This document shows positions 19,694 to 29,895 of a stretch of 64,000 bases of DNA, in pieces. This DNA is from an uncultured Candidatus Poseidoniales archaeon (GTDB lineage Archaea; Thermoplasmatota; Poseidoniia; Poseidoniales; Poseidoniaceae): positions 72,178-136,177 of the forward strand of contig CAJJAP010000004.1 of NCBI GenBank assembly GCA_905182185.1, written 5' to 3'. Positions within the stretch are counted from its first letter, which is position 1. Each line of letters begins with the position of its first letter. The notes under the pieces were generated by a model. The model saw nothing but the letters and a program-made list of their open reading frames with translations, did not search any database and had not been told where the DNA came from. Made by a program: the position numbers and the translations under genes.

Positions 19694-20104
19694 TCAAAGT
19701 TTAACTGGCCTTGTTGCACCACATGCTTGGCACTTTAGAAGAGTGGTTCTATCCTCTTTGACAAAGTGAGTATCAGGGGCTGAACATTGGCTACACTTGA
19801 TGTATGTATTTACATAATTAGCAATCGTTCGCTTGATCCTCTTTGGTGGAATCCTTCCCTTGAATCTAGCACGTGGTCCATCTCTTGAACCTGAAGTCCC
19901 TAACTCGTTTAGGATGAATTGGTATACGTGATTATCATCTCTATCCATCATAGAGACCAATTCATTGAAGTTTCTAAGGATTGTATTTGAACCTTCAATC
20001 ATTATCTGAGGGATTGGTAATTTCCAACGAGAACCTGAAGAAATCTCTTCTGGAATATTTTCTCTGGCTCGGTCGAGAAGAGTCTCATATTCGAAGTCGC
20101 CCAT
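19694..20104 (-). CDS. eif2b: Translation initiation factor aIF2 beta subunit
   Basis: YETLLDRA N-terminus and C-terminal CSQCSAPDT...CQACGA zinc ribbon. Start moved to MGDFEYE. Confidence 0.88.
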   Translation of the reverse strand: MGDFEYETLLDRARENIPEEISSGSRWKLPIPQIMIEGSNTILRNFNELVSMMDRDDNHVYQFILNELGTSGSRDGPRARFKGRIPPKRIKRTIANYVNTYIKCSQCSAPDTHFVKEDRTTLLKCQACGATRPVKL

Positions 20105-20215
20105 GCCCCTTCCCTGTGCCGACCTTTCTTGAAGCCTTTGTAGGGCTAGAGGTCGCTTGCATGGAGGTCTTACAAGCAAAGGTTTGAATTGGGTGAGGCA
20201 ACCCCCTTTGGTTTG

Positions 20216-20797
20216 ATGGTATTAAGTATCGAAGAATTACGCACCCTCGCAACTAATCTGCGCCTTGAGGGATTAAACTCCCAACAGATTGCTGATGAAT
20301 TATCATTATCACAAGATACGATAGCCTGGCTTCTCACTGGAGAAAAAGAAAATCATCCAACTGATGTAAGAATCGGCTGGAGAACCATTGGTGTCAAACC
20401 TGGCCGTATTGCAGCGATTGGTGCAATAATGGGCGATGTTGTTGATGAAGAAATGGGACTCGGAGAAACTGATACTGTCGTAGGAATTTCAATCAATGGA
20501 ATTGCATTTGGTCACGAAGTAGCTCGTATGATCGATTCGGAAATGACTGTCTATAGGACCACTGATAGTGGAAATGGAAAAGGTTCTCTTTCCAATAAAT
20601 ATGGCCAAGTTGCTGGTAAGAAAGTTGTTATTATTGACGATGTACTTTCATCCGGAGTCACCATGACACGCACCATAAAGGCAATACGCGAGTCAGGTGG
20701 AGAGGTCGGACTCGTAGTGGTATTGGTAAACAAAACCACCCGTAACGAAATTGACGGCGTCCCCCTACGTGGAATCATTAGAGCTGTTGCAGTCTGA
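20216..20797 (+). CDS. HTH-PRTase fusion (PyrE-like / GfcR-type regulator)
   Basis: N-terminal HTH (LNSQQIADELSLSQDTIAWLL) plus PRPP-binding VVIIDDVLSSGVTM. Confidence 0.7.
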   Translation: MVLSIEELRTLATNLRLEGLNSQQIADELSLSQDTIAWLLTGEKENHPTDVRIGWRTIGVKPGRIAAIGAIMGDVVDEEMGLGETDTVVGISINGIAFGHEVARMIDSEMTVYRTTDSGNGKGSLSNKYGQVAGKKVVIIDDVLSSGVTMTRTIKAIRESGGEVGLVVVLVNKTTRNEIDGVPLRGIIRAVAV

Positions 20798-20808
20798 GGT
20801 GAGTGATA

Positions 20809-22413
20809 ATGCACTGGGCAGATGTAGCGGCAAAATCGTTGTCGCATAGAGGCAATACTCATGTCATCTCAACTGGCATCACCCCAAGTGGTGAATTTCA
20901 CATTGGCCACTTAAGAGAAATACTAACTGGAGACATGTTAGCAAGAGCAGCGAGAGATGCTGGCCTTGATGTTGATTTCATATTTATTGTAGATTCAGCA
21001 GACCCGTTACGTAAAGTCTACAGTTTCCTAGGTCCAGAATTCGAACAATTCATTGGCCACCAAATTGGTGCGATACCAGCACCAAAAGAAGGCGATAATA
21101 ATCCTGATTGGCAGAGATTCAATGATGAAGGATGGACCTATGCAGACCATTTCCTAACCCCCTTCATGGAAGCATTGGCAGAAATTGGAGTAAGGCCACG
21201 AATCATAGATAATTTGAGTTCTTATCGAGACGGCAAGTTCGCAGAAATGACCAAAATCGCTTGTGATTCGGCCGAACAGATTAGAGAGATCATCGAAAGG
21301 ATATCAAGTAGAGAATTAGCAAGTGATTGGTTTCCATGGAGCCCGCTTGATAGCAAGCAATCTTTAGATGACGTAAAAGTCACTGGTTACGAATACCCAC
21401 TAGTTCACTGGCTAGATTCACATGGAGTTGAGGGTTCTTCAGATATTACAAAAGGGGAAGGAAAGTTACCTTGGAGAATCGATTGGCCAGCAAAATGGAG
21501 TTGGATTGGAGTCACTTGTGAAGCATTTGGCAAAGACCATGGCGCTGCAGGCGGTTCATATGCAACCGGCAGAGAAATCTCCACACTTCTAGGACACCAA
21601 CCGCCGCAGCCTCTGACCTATGAATGGATTAGTTTGCGTGGAAAGGGCGCAATGTCATCATCGGCTGGAAACACCATTGGTCCAATTGAAGCATTGCGCT
21701 TAGTACCTCCACAGATTCTAAGATTATTAATTGCCAATTCAAAACCTAATAAGGCTATAGAATTTGACACTGGAATGGGTCTAGTAACTTTAGCAGACGA
21801 GTTTGAAAGACTTTGCACTAGAGATTTTGATAATGAAATAAATGATGAAAATATCAGCCGCAGACAACTTGTTCAAGTAGAGGATGCAAAGGCAGCGCTA
21901 CGAATGTCTATGGTTGAGCCTGGAACGATAGCAAAAGCCACTTCAGTGTCATTTAGACATCTGGCACTATTGGCCCAAACCAAATCAAGCGACGATGCAA
22001 TCTGGCAGAGCCTAATCTCATCTGCAGTGATTACTGAGCCTACTAAGCAATTAGAAGATAGACTCGCCCGCATGAGGTATTGGATTGAGAGTGAACACTT
22101 CCCAGAAGAAATGAGGATCAGAATATTGTCCTCCCCTGATGAAAAGGCATTATCGCTACTGGATAGTGATGAGAAATCTGCTCTAAAAGGATTGACTACC
22201 GCCCTACATAATTGTCAATGGGATACTGAATCAATAGGCAGTGCAATACCACAATCTGCCAAGGACAATGACATAAGCCCAAGAAGCGCATACCGTGCTG
22301 CCTATGCTGCATTAATGGGCCTTGAAAGAGGGCCTCGCCTGGCTCCAATTCTGGCTGAGATGGATAGGATTGAGATCCTAAAACAATTAGATTCTTGTTG
22401 TGAATTCGATTAA
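20809..22413 (+). CDS. lysK: Lysyl-tRNA synthetase, class I
   Basis: PSGEFHIGHLRE (HIGH), KGAMSSSAGN (KMSKS-like). GAGGTGA SD lies 7 nt before ATG 20809. Confidence 0.9.
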   Translation: MHWADVAAKSLSHRGNTHVISTGITPSGEFHIGHLREILTGDMLARAARDAGLDVDFIFIVDSADPLRKVYSFLGPEFEQFIGHQIGAIPAPKEGDNNPDWQRFNDEGWTYADHFLTPFMEALAEIGVRPRIIDNLSSYRDGKFAEMTKIACDSAEQIREIIERISSRELASDWFPWSPLDSKQSLDDVKVTGYEYPLVHWLDSHGVEGSSDITKGEGKLPWRIDWPAKWSWIGVTCEAFGKDHGAAGGSYATGREISTLLGHQPPQPLTYEWISLRGKGAMSSSAGNTIGPIEALRLVPPQILRLLIANSKPNKAIEFDTGMGLVTLADEFERLCTRDFDNEINDENISRRQLVQVEDAKAALRMSMVEPGTIAKATSVSFRHLALLAQTKSSDDAIWQSLISSAVITEPTKQLEDRLARMRYWIESEHFPEEMRIRILSSPDEKALSLLDSDEKSALKGLTTALHNCQWDTESIGSAIPQSAKDNDISPRSAYRAAYAALMGLERGPRLAPILAEMDRIEILKQLDSCCEFD

Positions 22414-22546
22414 TTATTTAGAAAGATTTACTAATTTCTAAGAAAGTTGTATACTATTGACGGCTTTTCGTTAGAAGTCAGTAACCTGCCCGCTTGTGTC
22501 GAAATCAGGCATACCCTTCAAATGTGGTGAAGTGTCTTCGCACACT

Positions 22547-23800
22547 ATGGCCGGCGTCTATTGTCCAACCTGTGAAGCAGGCGTTGAGGCGGCAGGAAAA
22601 TTCTGTTTGTCCTGCGGTCATGATTTGACCAGCCAAGGTCCAATCACTGCAACTGGGCATGATTTGAATCAACTGAAGGATGTAATTCGTATTCGCGATG
22701 ACCTTTCAATGGCTCAAAAATTCGATATGATCGCCAAAGTAGAGGAAGGTGCAAATCCGATTCTTATGGGAATCGCTGCGCCAGCAGAAGGTGATGAAAT
22801 TGACCTTACACTTGCTGAAGATGATGCAAATAGTTCCTCAAAGGCATTCGCAAACTATGAATGGGGTAAATCACCTGCCGCCAATGCTGCGGTTATGGCC
22901 GTTGTAAGAGATACCAATGGCTGGAATTTGATCCAATCAGGAAAATTGGATTTGAAAGAGGGCATGTTCAGAGAAGCAATGGACAATGGAATGGAAGCTT
23001 CCACACACATTCATGATGTTGCCAGTGGTGAACATGAAGGGATTGACCCCGATGCAATGCGAGCAATACCAGTCCTAAAACCACCAAAGAGAAGTTTCTG
23101 CCCTAAATGTGGTTCAGACATTCATGCAAATACGATGCTGCAGTGGAGAAAGTGGAGAGAATCTTCTAATGATGTTGTATCAATGCAACTTGAGGCTTCT
23201 ATGGAAACTGCTCTGATTCAAGTAGCATCTCACTATCTCGGAACATTGCAAATACTAACCGATGAGAGAGATGATGCAATTGCCCTATCTGGAAAGAATA
23301 ATCCTGCTGTGATTGAAGAAAAATTGCGAGTCAAATTAGAAAAAGAGATTCGTAAAGAATTAGAAAAGGAAATCCGCTCTGAAATGGAACAAGAATTTTC
23401 TGGAAGAGGTGCTGCAAGTTCTTCAAAATCAGAAACTAAGGGTGTAAGTGCTGGTAAATCATCTGGAACTTCCACCGCAAAGAAACCAACATCAGGTGGC
23501 ACCAAGAAGAAGACCGGTGGCGGCATGTTTGGTTCCAAGACCCCTAAGAAAACATACGAGGGTAAGGCTGCGGGCAAGGCTGATTGGTTCCTTTCTGATG
23601 CACTTGATACCGTTTACGACCCACATGGAACTGGGAAGACTATGAAGCCTGCAACAATTGTTGCCCGTTCAAGCGAGGGCAACGTTCGTGTTCGTGATGT
23701 TGTTAGAATCTATTCGGTTGAAGGAGAAGCGGGAATTAGTGAACTCGCTTGGACAAGTCCTCTAACCAAATATATCATCGAAGCATACGATGCTTGTTAA
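22547..23800 (+). CDS. Hypothetical zinc-ribbon protein with coiled-coil and K/G/S/T-rich low-complexity region
   Basis: CPTCE..CLSCGH and CPKCGSDIH ribbons, KEIRKELEKEIRSEMEQE, KKPTSGGTKKKTGGG. Confidence 0.5.
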   Translation: MAGVYCPTCEAGVEAAGKFCLSCGHDLTSQGPITATGHDLNQLKDVIRIRDDLSMAQKFDMIAKVEEGANPILMGIAAPAEGDEIDLTLAEDDANSSSKAFANYEWGKSPAANAAVMAVVRDTNGWNLIQSGKLDLKEGMFREAMDNGMEASTHIHDVASGEHEGIDPDAMRAIPVLKPPKRSFCPKCGSDIHANTMLQWRKWRESSNDVVSMQLEASMETALIQVASHYLGTLQILTDERDDAIALSGKNNPAVIEEKLRVKLEKEIRKELEKEIRSEMEQEFSGRGAASSSKSETKGVSAGKSSGTSTAKKPTSGGTKKKTGGGMFGSKTPKKTYEGKAAGKADWFLSDALDTVYDPHGTGKTMKPATIVARSSEGNVRVRDVVRIYSVEGEAGISELAWTSPLTKYIIEAYDAC

Positions 23801-23805
23801 ATAAA

Positions 23806-26800
23806 TCAATAGTGCACTTCTAGGCGCCTTGGTTCGAGATTATTCTCCAATCTCGCCTTCATTGCTGCAACTTCCATTACCGCACCACGCATTGTTGTGA
23901 CAAATGGTATATTCAATTCAACTGCTAAGCGTCGCATCATATTTCCATCTCGAACTGCTCCACCGGAGATGGTTGGCACATTTACAATGAAATTGACATC
24001 GCCTTTTCTCATTAAATCTAAGGAATCCGGATGCATTCTTTCTGCAATACGGTAGGATGTGGTAACAGGAATATTGGCTTTGCGCAATACATCTGCCGTA
24101 CCCGGTGTAGCGAAAATTGTGAAGTTGATATCTATCAGCGACTGTGCAATAGGGACCAGGGCTGCCTTATCTTCTTCCCTCACTGTAAGGTAAGCACCGC
24201 CTTCTGTAGCAACTGGAATCTCAGTTGCTAAACGGGCTTTGAGATATGCCAAGTCAGCCCTAATATCCGAGCCAAATACCTCTCCAGTTGATTTCATCTC
24301 AGGACCGGGAGCTGGATCTAATCCTCTTAACTTAATGAATGGGAAAACTGGTGCCTTGACACAAACGTGACCTGTTGTTCGCCGAGGTATTTCCTGTTGT
24401 GACAATGGAATACCGATTGTGATTCTTGCAGCGATTCTTGCCATTGGTAAACCAGTGGATTTAGCAACGAATGGAACTGTTCTAGAAGAACGTGGATTGA
24501 CTTCCAAACAGTATAAGTTATCGCCCTGAATTGCAAATTGAATATTATAGCAACCCTTTATCTTTAGTTTCAAACCAATAATTCTTGTTTGCTCATCGAC
24601 TCTCTTGAGCATTTCTTGCGAAATATTCTGTGTCGGGATGAAACAAGTGGAATCACCTGAATGAATCCCTGCTTGTTCTAAATGTTCCATTATAGCACCG
24701 ACCAGAACTTGTTCACCATCAGCAGCAGCATCAACATCAAGTTCAGTCGCATGACCAAGATACTCATCGATTAGCAATGGTTTGTCTGGAGCCAAGTAAG
24801 CCTCTTCCAAGTAAGCATCAACTTGCTTGTCGTTTGAGAGAATTTCCATTCCTCTCCCGCCAAGAACATACGATGGTCGAATCAATACTGGGAAGCCAAT
24901 ATTTTTGACAGCATCGCGTACATCATCGGCTGTAGTTCCTGTTTGTCCACGTGGCATCCGTATCCCATTACGCTTAGCAAACTTCTCAAATCGATCTCTA
25001 TCACTTGCTTCATCAATCGCATCACATGATGTACCCATTATATTCAATTCTAGCCCCAGTGTTTCCAGATGTGGCATTCTTTGTTGTAATGGTTCTGCCA
25101 AATTAATTGCAGTTTGTCCACCAAATTGTAGCAAAATCCCATGTGCATTCTCACGCAATAAGATTTCAGAGACATATTCTAGGGTTAAAGGTTCAAAGTA
25201 GAGCCGGTCGGAGGTATCAAAATCTGTAGATACTGTTTCAGGGTTATTATTTATCAATATTGCATCGTGACCTGCTTCACGAATCGCCTTAACTGCGTGT
25301 ACGCAGCCATAATCAAATTCAATACCTTGTCCAATTCTAATCGGTCCTGAACCGATAGCAACCAATCTCTGCTTTGTTCTATTTTCCAAATCGGATAACT
25401 TATCTATCCCTAACTCGTCATTAATTTCATATGTGGAATAATAATAAGGGGTTTTAGCTGCAAATTCAGCAGCACAAGAATCGACCATCCTGTATTTCGG
25501 ATGTAGCCCTAGTTCGTGACGGCGCAGCATTACCGCCTGCTCATTATGGCTACTTGGCAGTGATTTCGGACCCGATGCTGGGAAATTGGCTAATGCATCT
25601 GCGATATGAGCATCGCTAAATCCGTAACTTTTCCAGTTTCTAATTTGGCTATACTCTAATTGGCTTGGAGAAGATTCAGTTGCAGATATTTCTGCTTCCA
25701 TTTGAGCAATATTCTCAAAGCGATAAAGGAACCATCTAGTGATTCTAGTAATCTCATGAACTTTCTCTACGCTCCAGCCACGTCTAAAGGCTTCAATTAA
25801 CGCACCCATTCTTCTATCTGTTGCAACTCTGCACCATTCTACAAGAAGACTATCAGGAAGTGTTTCCAAAGCTCTTGAAGCCATGCCTTCTCCTTCTGAT
25901 TCATCTGCTCTAGTCAGAGGTCTTGGATGCGCATAACCTTGCTCAAGGCTGGCCCAAGCCTTGAGGAAAGCCTCCTCAAAGTTGCGTCCTATTGCCATTA
26001 CTTCTCCAGTTGACTTCATGCTTGTACCCAGCGTCCTATCCGCGGTTCGGAATTTATCAAATGGCCAACGAGGAATCTTAACAACACAATAATCAAGAGT
26101 TGGTTCAAAAGCAGCAGTTGTCCCCTCTCCAGTAATCGGATTTGGTAATTCATCAAGGGTATAACCTACCGCAATTTTCGCACCCATGCGAGCAATTGGA
26201 TATCCAGTTGCTTTACTGGCAAGTGCTGAGGAACGTGAAACGCGAGGATTAACTTCGATTACTCTAATTTCACCAGTAGATTGGTTGAAAGCAAATTGAA
26301 CATTACAACCACCCTTGATATTCAATGCCCGAATTAATTTAAGTGCTTGATCTCGCAATATTTGGTGGTCTGCATCACTGAATGATTGAAGTGGTGCAAC
26401 CACGGTTGATTCTCCAGTATGAACTCCCATTGGGTCAATGTTTTCCATCGTGCAAACGATGATTGCATTATCCGCATCATCTCTCATCACCTCATATTCT
26501 AATTCTTGCCATCCAAGAATTGATTCCTCAATAAGAACTTGACTTATTCTTGAATTTCTAAGACCCAAAGTAGCGATTTCCACTAATTGTCCCATGTCCC
26601 AAGCAGTTCCTCCACCAAGCCCACCTAGAGTAAATGCAGGTCGTATCAAAATCGGCCAAGATGCTAATTGTTCTGCTGCTGCAATAACTTCATCCATAGT
26701 AGTACAGGCGATAGCCTCACTCAATGGCAAACCTATAGACTCGCATACATCATTGAATAATTGTCTATCTTCTGCTTTATCGATTGCATCTAAATCTGAA

Positions 26801-27150
26801 CCAATTAACTCAATACCCAATTCTTCCAAAGTACCATTATGTGCTAGTTCACTAGCAATATTTAGAGCGGTTTGTCCACCCATTCCGGCCAATAATGCAC
26901 AAGGCCTCTCAATTTCCATAATTCTCTTTATTGTTTCTGGTAGCAGAGGTTCGATGTAGACTACATCTGCCATCTCCGGATCATTTTGAATTGTTGCTGG
27001 ATTAGAATTAACCAAAATCACTCGATATCCGTCCTCTCGTAATGCCTTTACTGCTTGACTCCCCGAGAAATCAAACTCTGCAGCCTGACCAATTTTAATC
27101 GGACCGCTACCGAGAACGAGAATCGTTTCTATATCATCTCGCCTTGGCAT
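23806..27150 (-). CDS. carB: Carbamoyl-phosphate synthase large subunit
   Basis: 1114 aa, duplicated ATP-grasp halves, MGS-like C-terminal domain. Confidence 0.96.
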   Translation of the reverse strand: MPRRDDIETILVLGSGPIKIGQAAEFDFSGSQAVKALREDGYRVILVNSNPATIQNDPEMADVVYIEPLLPETIKRIMEIERPCALLAGMGGQTALNIASELAHNGTLEELGIELIGSDLDAIDKAEDRQLFNDVCESIGLPLSEAIACTTMDEVIAAAEQLASWPILIRPAFTLGGLGGGTAWDMGQLVEIATLGLRNSRISQVLIEESILGWQELEYEVMRDDADNAIIVCTMENIDPMGVHTGESTVVAPLQSFSDADHQILRDQALKLIRALNIKGGCNVQFAFNQSTGEIRVIEVNPRVSRSSALASKATGYPIARMGAKIAVGYTLDELPNPITGEGTTAAFEPTLDYCVVKIPRWPFDKFRTADRTLGTSMKSTGEVMAIGRNFEEAFLKAWASLEQGYAHPRPLTRADESEGEGMASRALETLPDSLLVEWCRVATDRRMGALIEAFRRGWSVEKVHEITRITRWFLYRFENIAQMEAEISATESSPSQLEYSQIRNWKSYGFSDAHIADALANFPASGPKSLPSSHNEQAVMLRRHELGLHPKYRMVDSCAAEFAAKTPYYYSTYEINDELGIDKLSDLENRTKQRLVAIGSGPIRIGQGIEFDYGCVHAVKAIREAGHDAILINNNPETVSTDFDTSDRLYFEPLTLEYVSEILLRENAHGILLQFGGQTAINLAEPLQQRMPHLETLGLELNIMGTSCDAIDEASDRDRFEKFAKRNGIRMPRGQTGTTADDVRDAVKNIGFPVLIRPSYVLGGRGMEILSNDKQVDAYLEEAYLAPDKPLLIDEYLGHATELDVDAAADGEQVLVGAIMEHLEQAGIHSGDSTCFIPTQNISQEMLKRVDEQTRIIGLKLKIKGCYNIQFAIQGDNLYCLEVNPRSSRTVPFVAKSTGLPMARIAARITIGIPLSQQEIPRRTTGHVCVKAPVFPFIKLRGLDPAPGPEMKSTGEVFGSDIRADLAYLKARLATEIPVATEGGAYLTVREEDKAALVPIAQSLIDINFTIFATPGTADVLRKANIPVTTSYRIAERMHPDSLDLMRKGDVNFIVNVPTISGGAVRDGNMMRRLAVELNIPFVTTMRGAVMEVAAMKARLENNLEPRRLEVHY

Positions 27151-28460
27151 TACAATCCACCTCCCAAATGAGAATCAACTATTTCTCTAAAGCGTAGAAA
27201 TAATGGTGCTGCATCATTAGGACCAGGGCATGCTTCAGGATGAAATTGGACTGTAAATGAGGGGTGGTCTACGATATCCAACCCCTCAACAGTTCTGTCA
27301 TTAGCATTGACATAGCGAACTTTTACCTCTGCACCATGCTGGTTTTCAACCAACTGCGAACAGGCTCCACTTGGATGAGCTGCTAACATCCCGGAGTCGG
27401 GGTCAGCGACTGCAAAGCCATGGTTTTGGCTGGTTATCAAAACAGTACCATCTGCTAAGTCGATTACCGGTTGGTTAGCACCACGGTGTCCATATCTCAT
27501 TTTGTAGGTCTGTAAACCAGAAGCAAGTCCCATTAGTTGATGACCTAAACAAATTCCCATAACAGGCATATGGTCCCTTACAGCAGCGGCAAGGGTATTC
27601 TTAGCATCACTTGCCATCCCACTATGAGCAGGGTCTCCTGGGCCATTTGAGCAGAATAATGCATCGATTTGATAATTATTTTTCAAAGTGTTAAAATCTG
27701 TATTAGGTGGACACCAAACAACCTCAAAGTGACGGCAAAGGTTTCTCAAAATATTGTACTTAATCCCGCAATCCAAGGCACCAAGACGTGGCAGTGGCCG
27801 GTTTAACTCATCGACTGCACCCTCATTGAGAATAACAGGTGAGTTGATTGAGACTTCATCGACAAGGTCTTCCAAATCCGGAGAGGTCAATTGTTGTAAT
27901 CTCACATTGAGTTGTTGTTCCGCATCTTTGGGTCCAAATACGCACAGCACAGTTCCAAGTTCCCTAACTCTGCGAGTAATAGATCTAGTATCAATGCCCT
28001 CGATCCCAGGAACTCCATGCAACCTCATCAAGTCTCCAATAGTTGCAATCGAATCGCGATGGTCTGGCTGAGTCATTGCATGGCGGACCACAACTCCACG
28101 TGGCCATACACTTGATGATTCAGACTTTCCTTGATGAATACCATAATTTCCAATCAATGGGTAAGTGAAGGTTAGTACTTGTCCAGCGAATGATGGGTCT
28201 GTCAATGATTCTTGATACCCCATCATTCCAGTTGTAAATACCAATTCACCTTCGCCATGTTTTTCTGCACCGAAAAGTGAACCCTCATAACGGCCACCAT
28301 CTGCGGTTAATAGAATTCCATCACCGTTTGCAGAAGGTGGTAATTCATCGCCTAAAACCAGTCCATCTGCGGCATCAAAAAACGTAGGAGTAGTGCCAAC
28401 TCCGCGGCTTCTAGAGCCAGGGGAGAAACTGCCGTACTGCGAACCGTCTTTCGACATCAA
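27150..28460 (-). CDS. carA: Carbamoyl-phosphate synthase small (glutaminase) subunit, with ~45-aa N-terminal extension
   Basis: VFTTGMMGYQESLTDPSF, GICLGHQL catalytic Cys, FHPE. Overlaps carB by 1 nt. Confidence 0.93.
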   Translation of the reverse strand: MMSKDGSQYGSFSPGSRSRGVGTTPTFFDAADGLVLGDELPPSANGDGILLTADGGRYEGSLFGAEKHGEGELVFTTGMMGYQESLTDPSFAGQVLTFTYPLIGNYGIHQGKSESSSVWPRGVVVRHAMTQPDHRDSIATIGDLMRLHGVPGIEGIDTRSITRRVRELGTVLCVFGPKDAEQQLNVRLQQLTSPDLEDLVDEVSINSPVILNEGAVDELNRPLPRLGALDCGIKYNILRNLCRHFEVVWCPPNTDFNTLKNNYQIDALFCSNGPGDPAHSGMASDAKNTLAAAVRDHMPVMGICLGHQLMGLASGLQTYKMRYGHRGANQPVIDLADGTVLITSQNHGFAVADPDSGMLAAHPSGACSQLVENQHGAEVKVRYVNANDRTVEGLDIVDHPSFTVQFHPEACPGPNDAAPLFLRFREIVDSHLGGGL

Positions 28461-28578
28461 CTTTGGTCGTTACCGGCGACTCATAATCATTAGGTATGAG
28501 ATACATAGATTATCAAGCAACATGCATTGAACTATTACAAAGTAATAATAGCGCTTAGCACTATGAGTAAGAATCTAC

Positions 28579-29148
28579 TCACTCTTCTTCTTGGCGGTCT
28601 AAATCTATAACGTTCTTGCCATCGGGCGATGGTTCAATTACCAAGCGGGCATTATCAAAATTTCTTTCGCTTGCAGCCTCTCCATACCACGCATCAAGAA
28701 AGAGCGCTAAAGCGGCTACTTCTGAATGTGGTTGATTTCCAACTGCAACATTATATTGTGATAATTTGTATACATCCCCTGGGACTTTAGCACCACCAAC
28801 AATTATTGCCACTGGTCTATCTCTTCTAATTCGAGGAATCGCCTCCCTAAATGGTTCACCATACATGGTTAGATGGATCGCAACTCCAGGTTCTCCATCA
28901 CCCGCATCTTCCGATACAAATCTTCGAAGCCAACTCATTGGACTCTTGATATGCTCACATTGCATATCGCCACCAAAACGGGTATTGACTGATTTAACAT
29001 TATCAAACATCTTAGCATCATCATCGCCAGCGAGTAGGAATCTATCTGCACCAAGCGCCCTTCCAACAAGTGCTAGATGAGTGGTTATGCGCGGGTCACG
29101 TCCTCTGCGATAACCTAAGCGCAAAATATCAAGTCGCTCACCTGCCAT
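28579..29148 (-). CDS. trm56: tRNA (cytidine56-2'-O)-methyltransferase aTrm56 (SPOUT)
   Basis: LRLGYRRGRDPRITTHLALVGRALGA. Start moved to MAGERLDIL. Confidence 0.8.
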   Translation of the reverse strand: MAGERLDILRLGYRRGRDPRITTHLALVGRALGADRFLLAGDDDAKMFDNVKSVNTRFGGDMQCEHIKSPMSWLRRFVSEDAGDGEPGVAIHLTMYGEPFREAIPRIRRDRPVAIIVGGAKVPGDVYKLSQYNVAVGNQPHSEVAALALFLDAWYGEAASERNFDNARLVIEPSPDGKNVIDLDRQEEE

Positions 29149-29185
29149 GCCGCAAGCCAACAATCAGCCCTTCAAGAGGATGCCG

Positions 29186-29842
29186 TCACAACAATTCTGC
29201 CAATACATCAGCATCCCCAGTCATCTCTTGAGGTTTTTCCTGATTGTTTGATTGAATATCAATTCCTTTAGCATCACAGAATTGTTTGAGCCACAGTAGT
29301 AATGCTGAATCTACTAATAATTTTGCTCCGATTGTAACACCAACCCATAAAATGACCAATCTAATTGACCTGAATAGTCCTTCTTCCAAGTCAAAATCAT
29401 TTGGCCATATACCGTTAATTAGTGGTTCAAAGACATAGAGTACGCTGAATATTATCATGCCACCAGAAATGAATGAAGGTGCTAATAACCCAAGTTCTCT
29501 GCTAAAATCTTTAAGAATTGAGGACATTAGGGCTAATCCAATAACGATAAGGGCAACTTCTGAGAAGTTAAATGCAAAGAACTTGGAAACTCCAACATCT
29601 AAATTATCGGTCACAGAATGTACTGACAACCACCAAAAGACCACCATTAAAGTAACCAATCCGCCTCCGAATGACCCTTTTTTAGAGATCATTTCTCTCA
29701 ATGCACCTCGGTTTTCTGGACTCAATCTTTCAATCAAACGGTTGGCCAATTCGAGATTGGATTCACTGGGCTCATCTACCTCATGAGTGGAGGGAATATG
29801 TGCTCTATCCTCAAATTCCAATACTTCGGCCTCTTCGGACAT
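29186..29842 (-). CDS. Hypothetical membrane protein (about 4 TM)
   Basis: Acidic N-terminus followed by several hydrophobic helices. Confidence 0.5.
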   Translation of the reverse strand: MSEEAEVLEFEDRAHIPSTHEVDEPSESNLELANRLIERLSPENRGALREMISKKGSFGGGLVTLMVVFWWLSVHSVTDNLDVGVSKFFAFNFSEVALIVIGLALMSSILKDFSRELGLLAPSFISGGMIIFSVLYVFEPLINGIWPNDFDLEEGLFRSIRLVILWVGVTIGAKLLVDSALLLWLKQFCDAKGIDIQSNNQEKPQEMTGDADVLAELL

Positions 29843-29895
29843 ACGGAGTGCTTCACCGTCACATCTTATGAAACCTGCCGCGCTGGCCTTGACTG

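Noticed and set aside
19691-19696. Convergent genes (ferredoxin-like and aIF2-beta) whose stop codons abut with zero spacer
   Set aside because: Compact genomes often show this. No structure or additional signal is present.
24827-28115. Antisense ORFs inside carB and carA (24827..25201, 26594..26959, 27754..28071, 27912..28115 and others)
   Set aside because: They are shadow ORFs opposite very strongly conserved genes, with low-complexity Ser/Pro/Ile-rich translations and no motifs.
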